Source of the DNA: Kiritimatiellia bacterium
GTDB taxonomy: Bacteria; Verrucomicrobiota; Kiritimatiellia; CAIVKH01
NCBI GenBank assembly: GCA_035327585.1
Contig: DAOLDD010000004.1
Span: 93,327 to 157,326 of the forward strand
Reading direction: 5' to 3'
DNA: 64,000 nt
A program made the position numbers and the translations under genes. Of this stretch, positions 1 to 8,539 are shown one piece after another. Positions within the stretch are counted from its first letter, which is position 1. Each line of letters begins with the position of its first letter. The notes beneath the pieces were generated by a model, which was not told the DNA's origin, made no database searches, and saw nothing but the letters and a program-made list of their open reading frames with translations.

Positions 1-730
1 CGTGGTCCGCGAGGCGGCAGCCGTTCGCGTGGAAGAAATCGCGGCGACGGCGCAGCGCATCGAGCAGGGTGGCCCAGCCGGTGACCGGAATCCCGGCCGC
101 CGCGGCGAGTTTGTCGATCCACGCGTTCCACGCCTCCGGCTGGTCGATCCACAGCGCGGCGTCGGGGCGGAAGGCGGGAAACATCCGGAAGGTCGATTTC
201 TCCTTCGCGAATGCGCGGTGCCAGCGGAGGTCGTCCGTCGGGTCGTCGGTGGTGCAGACGACCTCGACGCGGGCGCGCTTGAGCAGGCCGCGCACGGAGA
301 AGGCGGGCGATGCGAGTTTCGCGTTCGCGGTTTTCCAGGCGCGCGCGGCGGTGTCGGCGTTGAGCAGGTCGCGGATGCCGAAAGGCTCCAGCAGCTCCAT
401 GTGCGTCCAATGATAGAGCGGGTTGCGCGCGGTTTGAGGGACGCACGCGGCCCAGCGCTCGAATTTCTCCCGGTCGGACGCGTCGCCGGTGATGAAGCGT
501 TCGGGCACGCCGAGCGTCCGCATCGCGCGCCACTTGTAGTGGTCGCCTGCGAGCCAGATCTGCGCGAGGTTCTCGAAACGGCGGTCCTCCGCGATTTCGC
601 GGGGGGGCAGGTGGTTGTGGTAATCGATGATCGGCAGGTCGGCGGCGACGTCGTGGTAGAGTTTCCGCGCGAGCGGCGATTCGAGCAGGAAGTCGCGGGT
701 GATGAAGTGGGGCACGGTTTTCTTCTTCAT
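1..730 (-). CDS. uxaC: Glucuronate isomerase (uronate isomerase), 3' end (C-terminus) runs off the window edge
   Basis: Minus-strand translation from ATG at 730-728 gives MKKKTVPHFITRDFLLESPLARKLYHDVAADLPIIDYHNHLPPREIAEDRRFENLAQIWLAGDHYKWRAMRTLGV. This is the canonical UxaC N-terminus (the FLL..A..LYH..A...PI.DYH.HL motif and DHYKWR). The ORF runs off the left edge with no stop, so it is absent from the ORF track. It is coupled to the upstream LacI gene, whose stop at 732-734 lies one base from the uxaC start. Confidence 0.85.
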   Translation of the reverse strand, partial: MKKKTVPHFITRDFLLESPLARKLYHDVAADLPIIDYHNHLPPREIAEDRRFENLAQIWLAGDHYKWRAMRTLGVPERFITGDASDREKFERWAACVPQTARNPLYHWTHMELLEPFGIRDLLNADTAARAWKTANAKLASPAFSVRGLLKRARVEVVCTTDDPTDDLRWHRAFAKEKSTFRMFPAFRPDAALWIDQPEAWNAWIDKLAAAAGIPVTGWATLLDALRRRRDFFHANGCRLADH

Positions 731-731
731 G

Positions 732-1739
732 TCAGGCCTTCCAGGGATGGTCGGTGGATGCCCGGGCGATGAGCGCGGGCGCGTGCGGCGCGGATGGGGT
801 TGACGGCGCGCCCTCGCGCACGATGCGCAGCGCCTCGCCGACCATGGCCGGGAGCGGCTGGCGTACGGTGGTCAGCGGCGGGTTGGCGAGGCGGGCGATC
901 GGGAGGTCGTCGAAACCGGTCACGGATACGTGGTGCGGCACGCGCCAGCCGCCGGTGGCGACGCCGCGCAGCGCGCCGAGCGCGACCGCGTCGCTGGAAC
1001 AGATGACCGCCGTCGGCCACGCGGTGGTTTCCGCGCGAGCCAGCGCCTCGCCGCCCAGCAGGCCGGCCTCGTAGACGTCGGGGTGCGGGAGGAGCGCGTG
1101 CGCCGGGGTCAGCTTGATGCCGCGCCGCGCGAGCAGGCGTCGTACGAGTTGGCGGCGGCGCGCGTGCACCTCCTGGTTCGCGCCGATAAAGGCGAAGGAG
1201 CGGTGGCCGAGGCTGAGCAGATGTTTGACGACGAGGTTGAAGCCACGCGTTTCGTCCACACGGATTTCGGCGATGCCCGGTTCGGGGTCGCCCACGCCGA
1301 TCCGGATGATCGGCAGCCGGCGTTTCTGGAACGGTTTCACCCAATCCAGCGAGCCGCCGCCCAACACCAGCAACGCACGCAGGTCGAGCTCAAGCAGCGC
1401 ACGCAGATCGGCTTCGCTCGGCGTGCGGCGCGAAAAGCCCGCGAGCGTGAGCGCGAACCCGGCCGCGTGGCATTGGCGCGCGACCTCCGCTGCCGCGGGA
1501 CCGAAATAGGGGTCCTCCAGGTCGGCCGCGACGAGGCCGAGCACCGGGGTTCCGGCGCCGCGCAACTGGCGGGCGACCGCATTGGGCACGTAGCCCATCG
1601 CCTCGGCCTGGCGCTGGATGCGCCGCACCGTGGCCGCGTTCGCGCCGATGGCGCCGGCGTTTCCCGCGAGGACGCGCGAAACCAGCGACGTCGAAACGCC
1701 GAGTTTCCGCGCGATGTCCTTTTGCGTGATGCGCATCAA
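732..1739 (-). CDS. LacI-family transcriptional regulator (likely sugar-acid/hexuronate regulator)
   Basis: 335-aa ORF. N-terminal HTH MMRITQKDIARKLGVSTSLVSRVLAG is typical of LacI/GalR. A periplasmic-binding-protein-like core follows. It sits immediately upstream of and co-oriented with uxaC. Confidence 0.85.
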   Translation of the reverse strand: MMRITQKDIARKLGVSTSLVSRVLAGNAGAIGANAATVRRIQRQAEAMGYVPNAVARQLRGAGTPVLGLVAADLEDPYFGPAAAEVARQCHAAGFALTLAGFSRRTPSEADLRALLELDLRALLVLGGGSLDWVKPFQKRRLPIIRIGVGDPEPGIAEIRVDETRGFNLVVKHLLSLGHRSFAFIGANQEVHARRRQLVRRLLARRGIKLTPAHALLPHPDVYEAGLLGGEALARAETTAWPTAVICSSDAVALGALRGVATGGWRVPHHVSVTGFDDLPIARLANPPLTTVRQPLPAMVGEALRIVREGAPSTPSAPHAPALIARASTDHPWKA

Positions 1740-1822
1740 CGGCTATGCCCCCACGAATACCCCGCGCGGCGAAGCCGCAAACAAGACGCATCTCAGCGCG
1801 AGGCGTTTCGTAAAAGAGCGGA

Positions 1823-1856
1823 TTTCACCACGGAGCGCACGGAGGCACGGAGGGGG
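1823..1856. repeat. Tandem octamer repeats CCACGGAG-CGCACGGAG-GCACGGAGG in the LacI-gene upstream region
   Basis: Read directly. The same ATTT(C/A)ACCACGGAG..GCACGGAGGG block recurs at 25469-25493. Confidence 0.45.
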
Positions 1857-2008
1857 TGTGGCCTTCCCCCGAAAACACGTCTTCTCCGTGAGCTTCGTGT
1901 GCTCCCCTGTCCTCCGGAGCCTTGGCGAAGGTGGAAGCGAAGCGAGTGGTGAAGGATTTTCTTCCACGTCATTAACTCCTGAATTGCCTGCGTCTCAGCG
2001 GTGGTCCT

Positions 2009-2830
2009 TTACACCCCGCTATACGCGGAGAAGCCGCCGTCCACCGCGACCACCGTCCCGGTCACGAACGCCGACGCAGGCGACACGAGCCAGAGCATCG
2101 CGCCGATGAGGTCCTCCGGCGCGCCAAACCGGCCCATCGGCGTATGCGCCATGATCTTGCCGCCGCGCTCGGTCAGCGATCCATCGGCGGGGTTGGTGAG
2201 CAGGAATCGGTTTTGCTCCGTGAGGAAGAAACCGGGCGCGAGCGCGTTGACGCGGAGGCGCGGCGAATATTCCTGGGCGAGATGCACGGCGAGCCACTTT
2301 GTAAAATTGTCGAGCGCCGCCTTCGCCATGCCGTAGCCGACGACGCGGGTCAGCGGACGCAGCGCGCTCATGGAGGAGATGTTCAGGATGACCCCGTCGC
2401 CCGCCTCCGCCATCCGGCGGCCCACGAGCTGGCAGGGCAGCACCGAGCCCATCAGGTTGAGATCAACCACGCCCCGCAGCGCCTCCGCGGGCAGGTTGAA
2501 AAACGTCCGATCCGGCGCCGTGGTCGCGCCCGGCTGGTTGCCGCCGGCGCCGTTGACCAGGATGTCGATGCGCCCCCAGCGCTGTTCCACGGTTTCCACC
2601 GCGCGCTGCATCGATGTGGCGTCAAGCACGTCCGCCTCCACAACGATTGCCTCGCCGCCCGCCGCTGTGATCGCGTCCACCACGGGTTCGAGTTTGGCGC
2701 GCGTACGCCCCAGCGCCGCGACGTTCGCGCCGCGCGCGCCCAGCGCCCGTGCCATCCCGCTCATCAACACCCCGCCCGCCCCGGTCACCAGCGCCGTCTT
2801 TCCGCGCACGTCAAACAAGGAGTCGTTCAT
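2009..2830 (-). CDS. SDR-family oxidoreductase (mannonate/fructuronate-type short-chain dehydrogenase candidate)
   Basis: The ORF runs 2009..2872. The likely start is the internal Met at 2830 (MNDSLFDVRGKTALVTGAGGVLMSGMA...). It has the Rossmann TGAGGxL motif, NGAG, and the catalytic Y..K motif (YGMAKAAL). It lies next to uxaC and the LacI gene. Confidence 0.8.
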   Translation of the reverse strand: MNDSLFDVRGKTALVTGAGGVLMSGMARALGARGANVAALGRTRAKLEPVVDAITAAGGEAIVVEADVLDATSMQRAVETVEQRWGRIDILVNGAGGNQPGATTAPDRTFFNLPAEALRGVVDLNLMGSVLPCQLVGRRMAEAGDGVILNISSMSALRPLTRVVGYGMAKAALDNFTKWLAVHLAQEYSPRLRVNALAPGFFLTEQNRFLLTNPADGSLTERGGKIMAHTPMGRFGAPEDLIGAMLWLVSPASAFVTGTVVAVDGGFSAYSGV

Positions 2831-2990
2831 GGCCGGAACCATGCCGCACTTCATTCCGCTTGTCAATCTCACACGATTGAGATATGAATATCCAAGTAAT
2901 TTCCCGCCAAAGAAGCCAAATGAATGGAACCGGGAATTGCGCGCATGTACGCGAACATATTAAACGTCTGATCGCCTCTAAACATCCACC

Positions 2991-3023
2991 AGGATAACGC
3001 CGCGCTCCGTCGCGGCGTTATCC
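2991..3023. promoter_or_regulatory. Perfect 13-bp inverted repeat GGATAACGCCGCG-N6-CGCGGCGTTATCC in the divergent region between the hexuronate operon and the larA-like gene
   Basis: Read directly at 2991-3023. The AATTCGCGAAAATT-like palindromic TTCGCGAA elements also lie at about 3090-3115. Confidence 0.45.
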
Positions 3024-3149
3024 GTGCGCGGCGCGCCCGGACCACCAAAAAATGTCGTTACAAAAACGAGACGGTTAATAATTCGCGAAAATTAGCGAAA
3101 TTCGCGGTACATAATCCGAACGAAGCGACCGCGCGGGGAGGGAACGAAC

Positions 3150-4370
3150 ATGATTGATGCATCGGAATTGACGGCGCGGTTGGACGCGGCGGTGGAGGGG
3201 ATGCGGCCGGACGGGCGGCGGGTGTTGGTGCTCGTGCCGGACGCGACGCGGTCGTGTCCGCTGGATGTGGTATTCCGCGCGCTGCATGCGCGGCTGACGG
3301 GGCGGGCGAAGCAGATCACGGTCTTGATCGCGCTGGGCACGCATCCGCCGATGTCGCGCGAGGCGATGTTGCACCGGCTCGGCCTGACGGAGGCCGACAT
3401 GGCGGGCGCGTTTCGCGACATCGAATTGCGCAACCATGCGTGGGACGACCCGGCGCAGCTGACCACGATCGGGCGTCTCGACGAGACGGCGATTTCCGCG
3501 GCGACGGACGGTCGCTTCAACCTGGCGCTCGACGTGCAGGTCAACCGCGCGGTTGGGGAGCACGACCTGCTGCTGATCCTCGGCCCGGTGTTCCCGCACG
3601 AGGTCGTGGGGTTCTCCGGCGGCAACAAATACATCTTCCCCGGCATCAGCGGGCCGGACCTCCTGAACTTTTTCCACTGGCTTGGCGCGGTCATCACGAA
3701 TCGCGCGATCATCGGCGTGATGGACACGCCGGTGCGCGCGGTGCTCGACCGTGCGGCGGCGCTGGTCCCGATCCAACGCTACGCCCTGTGCATGGTGGTG
3801 GAGAAGGGCGGGCTGGCCGGCTTGTTCCACGGCGCGCCGGAGTCGGCGTGGTGCGAGGCGGCGACGCTGTCATCGCGGCTCCACGTGCGGCGCGAGCCGC
3901 GACTCTATCACACCGTGCTTTCGTGCGCGCCGGCGATGTACGACGAGCTGTGGGTCGGCGGGAAATGCATGTACAAGCTGGAGCCGGTCGTCGCGCCGGG
4001 CGGCACGCTCATCATATACGCGCCGCACATCCGCGAGGTGTCCGTCGTGCACGGTCGGGTCATGCGCGAGATCGGCTATCACGTCCGCGACTATTTCCTC
4101 GCGCAGTGGGACCGCTTCAAGCACCACCCCTGGGGCGTGCTCGCGCATTCGACGCACGTGAAGGGCGACGGCACGTACAGCGACGGCGTTGAGCGCCCAA
4201 ACGTGAACGTTGTGCTCGCGACCGGGATTCCGGAGGACGCGTGCCGCGCCATCAACCTTGGCTACCGCAACCCCGCCACGATCCGCGTCGAGGACTTCGC
4301 CGGCCGGGAAGCGGAGGGCGTCCTCCACGTTCCCAAAGCGGGCGAAATCCTCTATCGTCCGCAGGAGTAA
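3150..4370 (+). CDS. LarA-family (nickel-pincer nucleotide-dependent) racemase/epimerase-like protein, DUF2088
   Basis: 406 aa. The conserved LarA core motif HEVVGFSGGNKYIFPG (H..GFSGG.K, the lysine that tethers the NPN cofactor in LarA) and the overall length match. It is divergent from the hexuronate operon. Confidence 0.6.
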   Translation: MIDASELTARLDAAVEGMRPDGRRVLVLVPDATRSCPLDVVFRALHARLTGRAKQITVLIALGTHPPMSREAMLHRLGLTEADMAGAFRDIELRNHAWDDPAQLTTIGRLDETAISAATDGRFNLALDVQVNRAVGEHDLLLILGPVFPHEVVGFSGGNKYIFPGISGPDLLNFFHWLGAVITNRAIIGVMDTPVRAVLDRAAALVPIQRYALCMVVEKGGLAGLFHGAPESAWCEAATLSSRLHVRREPRLYHTVLSCAPAMYDELWVGGKCMYKLEPVVAPGGTLIIYAPHIREVSVVHGRVMREIGYHVRDYFLAQWDRFKHHPWGVLAHSTHVKGDGTYSDGVERPNVNVVLATGIPEDACRAINLGYRNPATIRVEDFAGREAEGVLHVPKAGEILYRPQE

Positions 4371-4405
4371 TCCCCACGTCTCGGCTGGGGAGGAAAGTCC
4401 GGTAG

Positions 4406-4762
4406 ATGCCGCAATACATGAAGACGGTGGCGACGATCGGCGCGGAATATATCCAGCACCGGCTTCGGCTGGATGAGCCGGAAACGAAGGTGCGAAGGGG
4501 GATTGCGGGACGCCTGATTCTCAGTCCGCGTTGGGATATCCGGGTTCACATCATCCCCCGGAAAACATCGGTGAAACTGTTTGCAACCGGGTCGCTGCTC
4601 GGCGCCCTGCTGACCGGCAATAATTCATTTGCGTACGACGAGCGGCTTCACTTCGAGAAGCGATATGCGGAATGGCTCAAGGATCGGTTCGGCCCGCTGA
4701 TTCTCGATTCCGGCGCGAAGCCGGCGGCGGCGGCTCGGAAACCGGGGAACGACCCGGTTTGA
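4406..4762 (+). CDS. Hypothetical small protein (low-GC leader region upstream of the histidine kinase)
   Basis: 118-aa ORF in a locally lower-GC stretch. It has coding-like codon periodicity and no recognisable motifs. Confidence 0.3.
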   Translation: MPQYMKTVATIGAEYIQHRLRLDEPETKVRRGIAGRLILSPRWDIRVHIIPRKTSVKLFATGSLLGALLTGNNSFAYDERLHFEKRYAEWLKDRFGPLILDSGAKPAAAARKPGNDPV

Positions 4763-4806
4763 GTCGCTTTCAGGGGCGGAGTCGTGTATCATGCTCAACC
4801 GTTTGT

Positions 4807-7638
4807 ATGGATACTCATCCCCATATCCTTATAGTTGACGACGATCCGGACGCGATCACCTTGATCCGGCACCAGCTTGAGGTGCATTTCCCGTCCGCCC
4901 GGTTTTCAGCCGCGCCCGATGGCGGCGCGGGGCTGGAGGCCGTCCGGTCGTTGCATCCGGACGTCGTGTTGCTGGATGCGTGCATGCCGGTGCGCGATGG
5001 CTGGTCGGTGTGCCGCGAGTTAAAGGCTGATCCGGCGACGGCGTTTATTCCCGTCATGATGATGTCCGGGTTGCATCGGGACTCGCCCGCCCGCGCGCGC
5101 GGGCTCGAAAGCGGGGCGGAAGCCTTCCTCTGCAAACCATTTGAACTGGATGAGCTGGTGGCCCAGGTCCGCGTCCTGCTGCGCATCCGGGACTACGAGC
5201 TGCGTTTCCAGCGGCACCAGGAGGAGTTGAGCCGGGAACTTTCGGCGCGCACGGTCGAGCTGCGGGCGAGCGAAACGCGATTCCGCGTGCTGTTCGAGCA
5301 TTCGCCTGATGCGATGTTCGTGGAAAGCGCCGAGGGCATGGTCCTGGACGCGAACGAAGCGGCCGGCCGCCTGCACGGCGTCCCGCGCGCCACGCTGATC
5401 GGCCGCCACGTCGCCGACCTGGTCCCGCCGGGCCAGCGCGAAGTGGTCGCCCGCGATTTCCCCAAATGGTTCTCCGGCCAGCTCAACAAGTACGAGGGCT
5501 ACAGCTACACGTCCGAGGGCCGCATCATCCCGGTGGAAATCCGGGCGAGCCGCCTGGACTATGACGGCCGGCCCGCGCTCGTGCTCACCGTACGCGACAT
5601 CACCGACCGCCCGCGCCTGGAGGAGCGCCAGAGCGCCACCACGCAGGGCCTCCGCGCCATCGTCGAAATCGCGGACGAACTCATCGCGTGCGCGGATGTG
5701 GACGAGGTCTACCGGTCCGCCGTGCAGTTGGGCCGCGAACGGCTGGGCCTCGAACGGGCCGCCATTTTCCTGAATGAAGGAATGCGGGTCCGCGGCACGT
5801 TCGGCACGGACATGAACGGGCAGCTGACGGACGAACGATCGCACGTCATCCCGATGGATGACCAGTGGCGCGAACGCTTCCGCCTGCGCTCGCAGAACGA
5901 ACCGCGCTGGAGTTTGTCGCTGGAACCGCTGCAGGACTGGCGCGACGGCAGGATGAGCCCCCGCGGCCAGGGTTGGGTGGCGGTCACGCCGATCCAGACG
6001 GCGCGCAAGGCCGTCGGCGTGTTCTGCAACGACTCCGCGATCTCCAAGGCGCCGTTCGACACGGTGAAGCAGGAGATCGTCGCGGTATACGGGTCGCTGC
6101 TCGCCAACATCATCGAACGCAAAACCGCCGAGTCGGAGCGGTCCCTGCTCGCCACCGCGCTTGAGCAGTCGGCCGAGGCTGTGGTGATCACGGACATCCA
6201 CGGCACCATCACCTATGTGAACCCCGCCTTCGAGCGGATCACCGGCTATACGCGGGTCGAGGCGCTTGGCCGCAACCCGCGCATACTCAAAAGCGGCCGC
6301 ATGGAAGCGCGGCATTACGAGACGATGTGGAAGACGTTGCATCGCGGCGACGTGTGGACCGGTCATGTCACGAACCGGCGGAAGGACGGGCGCCTGTATG
6401 AGGCGGAACAGATTATTTCGCCGATCAAATCCCCCTCGGGCGACACGACCGGCTATCTCGCCGTTTCGCAGGACGTCACGCGCGCCCTCGAGATGGAACA
6501 GGCCCTCCGGCAGTCGCAGAAGATGGAGAGCATCGGGCGCCTCGCGGGCGGCGTCGCGCACGATTTCAACAACCTGCTCACGAGCATTCTCGGGTTCGCG
6601 CGCCTCATCAAGGAGACGCTGGAACCCGATCACGCGTGTCGCGCCGACGTCGAGGAAATCATCCGATCCGGCGAACGGGCCGCGCGCCTTACGCGCCAGT
6701 TGCTCTCCTTCGGGCACAAGCAGGTCATCCAAATCCAGCCGCTGAATCTCAATGACGTGCTGGGCCAGGTCGACCCGTTGTTGCGTCGGACGCTGGGCGC
6801 GGACATCGAACTCGTGACGCAGACCGACCCGGGTCTGCCCAGCGTCGAGGCCGACCCCGGCATGATCGAGCAGGTCATCATGAACCTCGCCGTCAACGCG
6901 CGCGACGCCATGCCCGCCGGCGGCAAGCTGACGATGTCCACCGGGAGCCTGGAGATTTCCGAAGCCCGCGCCGACGCGCTCCATCTCGCCCCCGGTCGTT
7001 ACGCCTGCCTGACCGTGCGCGACACCGGCGTCGGCATGACCGAGGAGGTCCGGCTGCAGGTGTTCGAACCGTTCTTCACCACCAAGGCGAAGGGCAAGGG
7101 GCAGGGGTTGGGCCTGTCCACCGTGTACGGCATCGTGAAGCGCTGCCGCGGTTTTATCGAGGTCGACAGCACGCCGGGTGAGGGCGCCGAGTTCCGCGTA
7201 TTCCTGCCGGCCGTGAACGAAAAGCCCTCCGATGTCGCCCCGCAGCCGGTCACGCCGCCGCGGGGCGGGACCGAAACCATCCTCGTGGTCGAGGACGAGA
7301 GCGGTGTGCGCCGCCTCGCCATCCGCGGGCTCCGGGACCTCGGCTACCGCGTCCTTGAGGCAAGCCAGGGCGACGAGGCGTTGCGCGTATTCCAACAGGA
7401 GCAGGGCCGCGTCGATTTGGTGCTGACCGATGTCGTCATGCCGATCATGGGGGGACCTGAACTGGTGCTCCAGTTGCGCGCGCAGAAACCCGGCATCCAT
7501 GTGCTTTACATGTCCGGGTTCACGGAGGACATGCAGCTCGAGGGCGCGCACGTCAACAACGCCGCGTCCCTGATTCTCAAGCCGTTCACGATTGAGGCGC
7601 TCGCCTCTGAAATCCGCCGCCTGCTCGACGGCGCGTAA
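4807..7638 (+). CDS. Hybrid sensor histidine kinase/response regulator (REC-PAS-PAS-HisKA-HATPase_c-REC)
   Basis: The ORF runs 4672..7638. The probable start is Met at 4807 (MDTHPHILIVDDDPD...). N-terminal receiver (ILIVDDDPDAITLIRHQL...VLLDACMP). PAS segments (NPAFERITGYTRVEALGRNPRILKSG). HisKA H-box (GGVAHDFNNLLTSILGF). HATPase N/G boxes (NLAVNARDAM, DTGVGM, GQGLGLS). C-terminal receiver (ILVVEDESGVRRL...LVLTDVVMP). Confidence 0.9.
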   Translation: MDTHPHILIVDDDPDAITLIRHQLEVHFPSARFSAAPDGGAGLEAVRSLHPDVVLLDACMPVRDGWSVCRELKADPATAFIPVMMMSGLHRDSPARARGLESGAEAFLCKPFELDELVAQVRVLLRIRDYELRFQRHQEELSRELSARTVELRASETRFRVLFEHSPDAMFVESAEGMVLDANEAAGRLHGVPRATLIGRHVADLVPPGQREVVARDFPKWFSGQLNKYEGYSYTSEGRIIPVEIRASRLDYDGRPALVLTVRDITDRPRLEERQSATTQGLRAIVEIADELIACADVDEVYRSAVQLGRERLGLERAAIFLNEGMRVRGTFGTDMNGQLTDERSHVIPMDDQWRERFRLRSQNEPRWSLSLEPLQDWRDGRMSPRGQGWVAVTPIQTARKAVGVFCNDSAISKAPFDTVKQEIVAVYGSLLANIIERKTAESERSLLATALEQSAEAVVITDIHGTITYVNPAFERITGYTRVEALGRNPRILKSGRMEARHYETMWKTLHRGDVWTGHVTNRRKDGRLYEAEQIISPIKSPSGDTTGYLAVSQDVTRALEMEQALRQSQKMESIGRLAGGVAHDFNNLLTSILGFARLIKETLEPDHACRADVEEIIRSGERAARLTRQLLSFGHKQVIQIQPLNLNDVLGQVDPLLRRTLGADIELVTQTDPGLPSVEADPGMIEQVIMNLAVNARDAMPAGGKLTMSTGSLEISEARADALHLAPGRYACLTVRDTGVGMTEEVRLQVFEPFFTTKAKGKGQGLGLSTVYGIVKRCRGFIEVDSTPGEGAEFRVFLPAVNEKPSDVAPQPVTPPRGGTETILVVEDESGVRRLAIRGLRDLGYRVLEASQGDEALRVFQQEQGRVDLVLTDVVMPIMGGPELVLQLRAQKPGIHVLYMSGFTEDMQLEGAHVNNAASLILKPFTIEALASEIRRLLDGA

Positions 7639-7645
7639 CGCGGCG

Positions 7646-8539
7646 TCAGCGCCAGAGCAGCAGGCCGAGCACGGTCCCGCCGTAGAGCGCGATGTTCAGC
7701 AGGAGCGGAATATCCGTCAGCAGCAACTGCTCCGGACGCCCGCCCTGTTCGTGGCGATAGACGAGGTCGAGGTAGCGGAACAGGCCGAACACCACGAACG
7801 GAATGGTGAAGCCGAGCTTGTGCGAGCCGAACTTCGCGACCGTGTCGGGCCAGAGCGTGTAGAGGCAGTAGGCGATCAGCGTCGCCGCGGCGATCATCGG
7901 GATCAGGATGTCCAGGAGACGCTGGTCGTACGCCCGCAGGCTGGGGCGCGTCTGCCCTTCACCGCCCTGCAACGTCACCAGTTCGTGCCGCCGTTTGCAC
8001 AACGCGAGGAACAGCGCGAGCAGCAGCGTGCACAGCAGCAGCCACGGCGAAATCGCGACGTGGATCGCCACCGCGCCCGCGAGCGCGCGCAGGACGAAGC
8101 CGGTCGCGATGATGAGGATGTCCACCAGCGCCACGCGTTTGAGGCCGAACGTGTAGAACAGTTGCAGGACCACGTAACCGAGGCAGACCAGCGCGAAGCC
8201 GCGATCGAACACCGCCGCCCAGCCCAGCCCGCCGGTCAGCAGGACCGCCATCAGCGCCCGCCCCGTGCCGGCCGACAACTCGCCCGCGGCGAAGGGACGC
8301 AGGCGCTTCACCGGGTGCGCGCGGTCCAGCTCCACGTCGCGCAGGTCGTTCAACACATAGATGCCGCTCGACAGCAGGCAGAAAATCACCGCCGCGGTCA
8401 GCGCCTGCAGCACGGCGCCGGAGGCGACGTGTTGCGCGGGGTCGCCGAGGGCGAAGAGCAGCGGCGCGAGCACGATCGCGTTCTTCGTCCATTGCTTGGG
8501 CCGGATCGCGCGGAGCAGGCTGACGGTGGTTTTGCTCAT
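7646..8539 (-). CDS. UbiA-family prenyltransferase, decaprenyl-phosphate phosphoribosyltransferase-like (DPPR synthase-like)
   Basis: The probable start is Met at 8539 (MSKTTVSLLRAIRPKQWTKNAIVLAPLLFA). UbiA aspartate-rich motif NDLRDVELDRAHPVKRLRPFAAG. Multiple TM helices. ATGA start/stop overlap with the upstream GT2 gene. Confidence 0.75.
   Translation of the reverse strand: MSKTTVSLLRAIRPKQWTKNAIVLAPLLFALGDPAQHVASGAVLQALTAAVIFCLLSSGIYVLNDLRDVELDRAHPVKRLRPFAAGELSAGTGRALMAVLLTGGLGWAAVFDRGFALVCLGYVVLQLFYTFGLKRVALVDILIIATGFVLRALAGAVAIHVAISPWLLLCTLLLALFLALCKRRHELVTLQGGEGQTRPSLRAYDQRLLDILIPMIAAATLIAYCLYTLWPDTVAKFGSHKLGFTIPFVVFGLFRYLDLVYRHEQGGRPEQLLLTDIPLLLNIALYGGTVLGLLLWR

Noticed and set aside
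2-772. 256-aa plus-strand ORF at the left edge
   Set aside because: It is antisense to the clearly recognisable uxaC (minus strand, strong family motifs). Its Arg/Ala/Gly-rich low-complexity translation is typical of spurious ORFs in GC-rich DNA.
3254-4192. 312-aa alternative-frame plus ORF inside the larA-like gene
   Set aside because: It overlaps in another frame the ORF carrying the conserved LarA GFSGG.K motif. It is Gly/Arg/Ala-rich and low complexity.
5020-7551. 843-aa minus-strand ORF
   Set aside because: It is entirely antisense to the hybrid histidine kinase, which has full HisKA/HATPase/REC motifs. It has no motifs and is R/A/G/D-rich.
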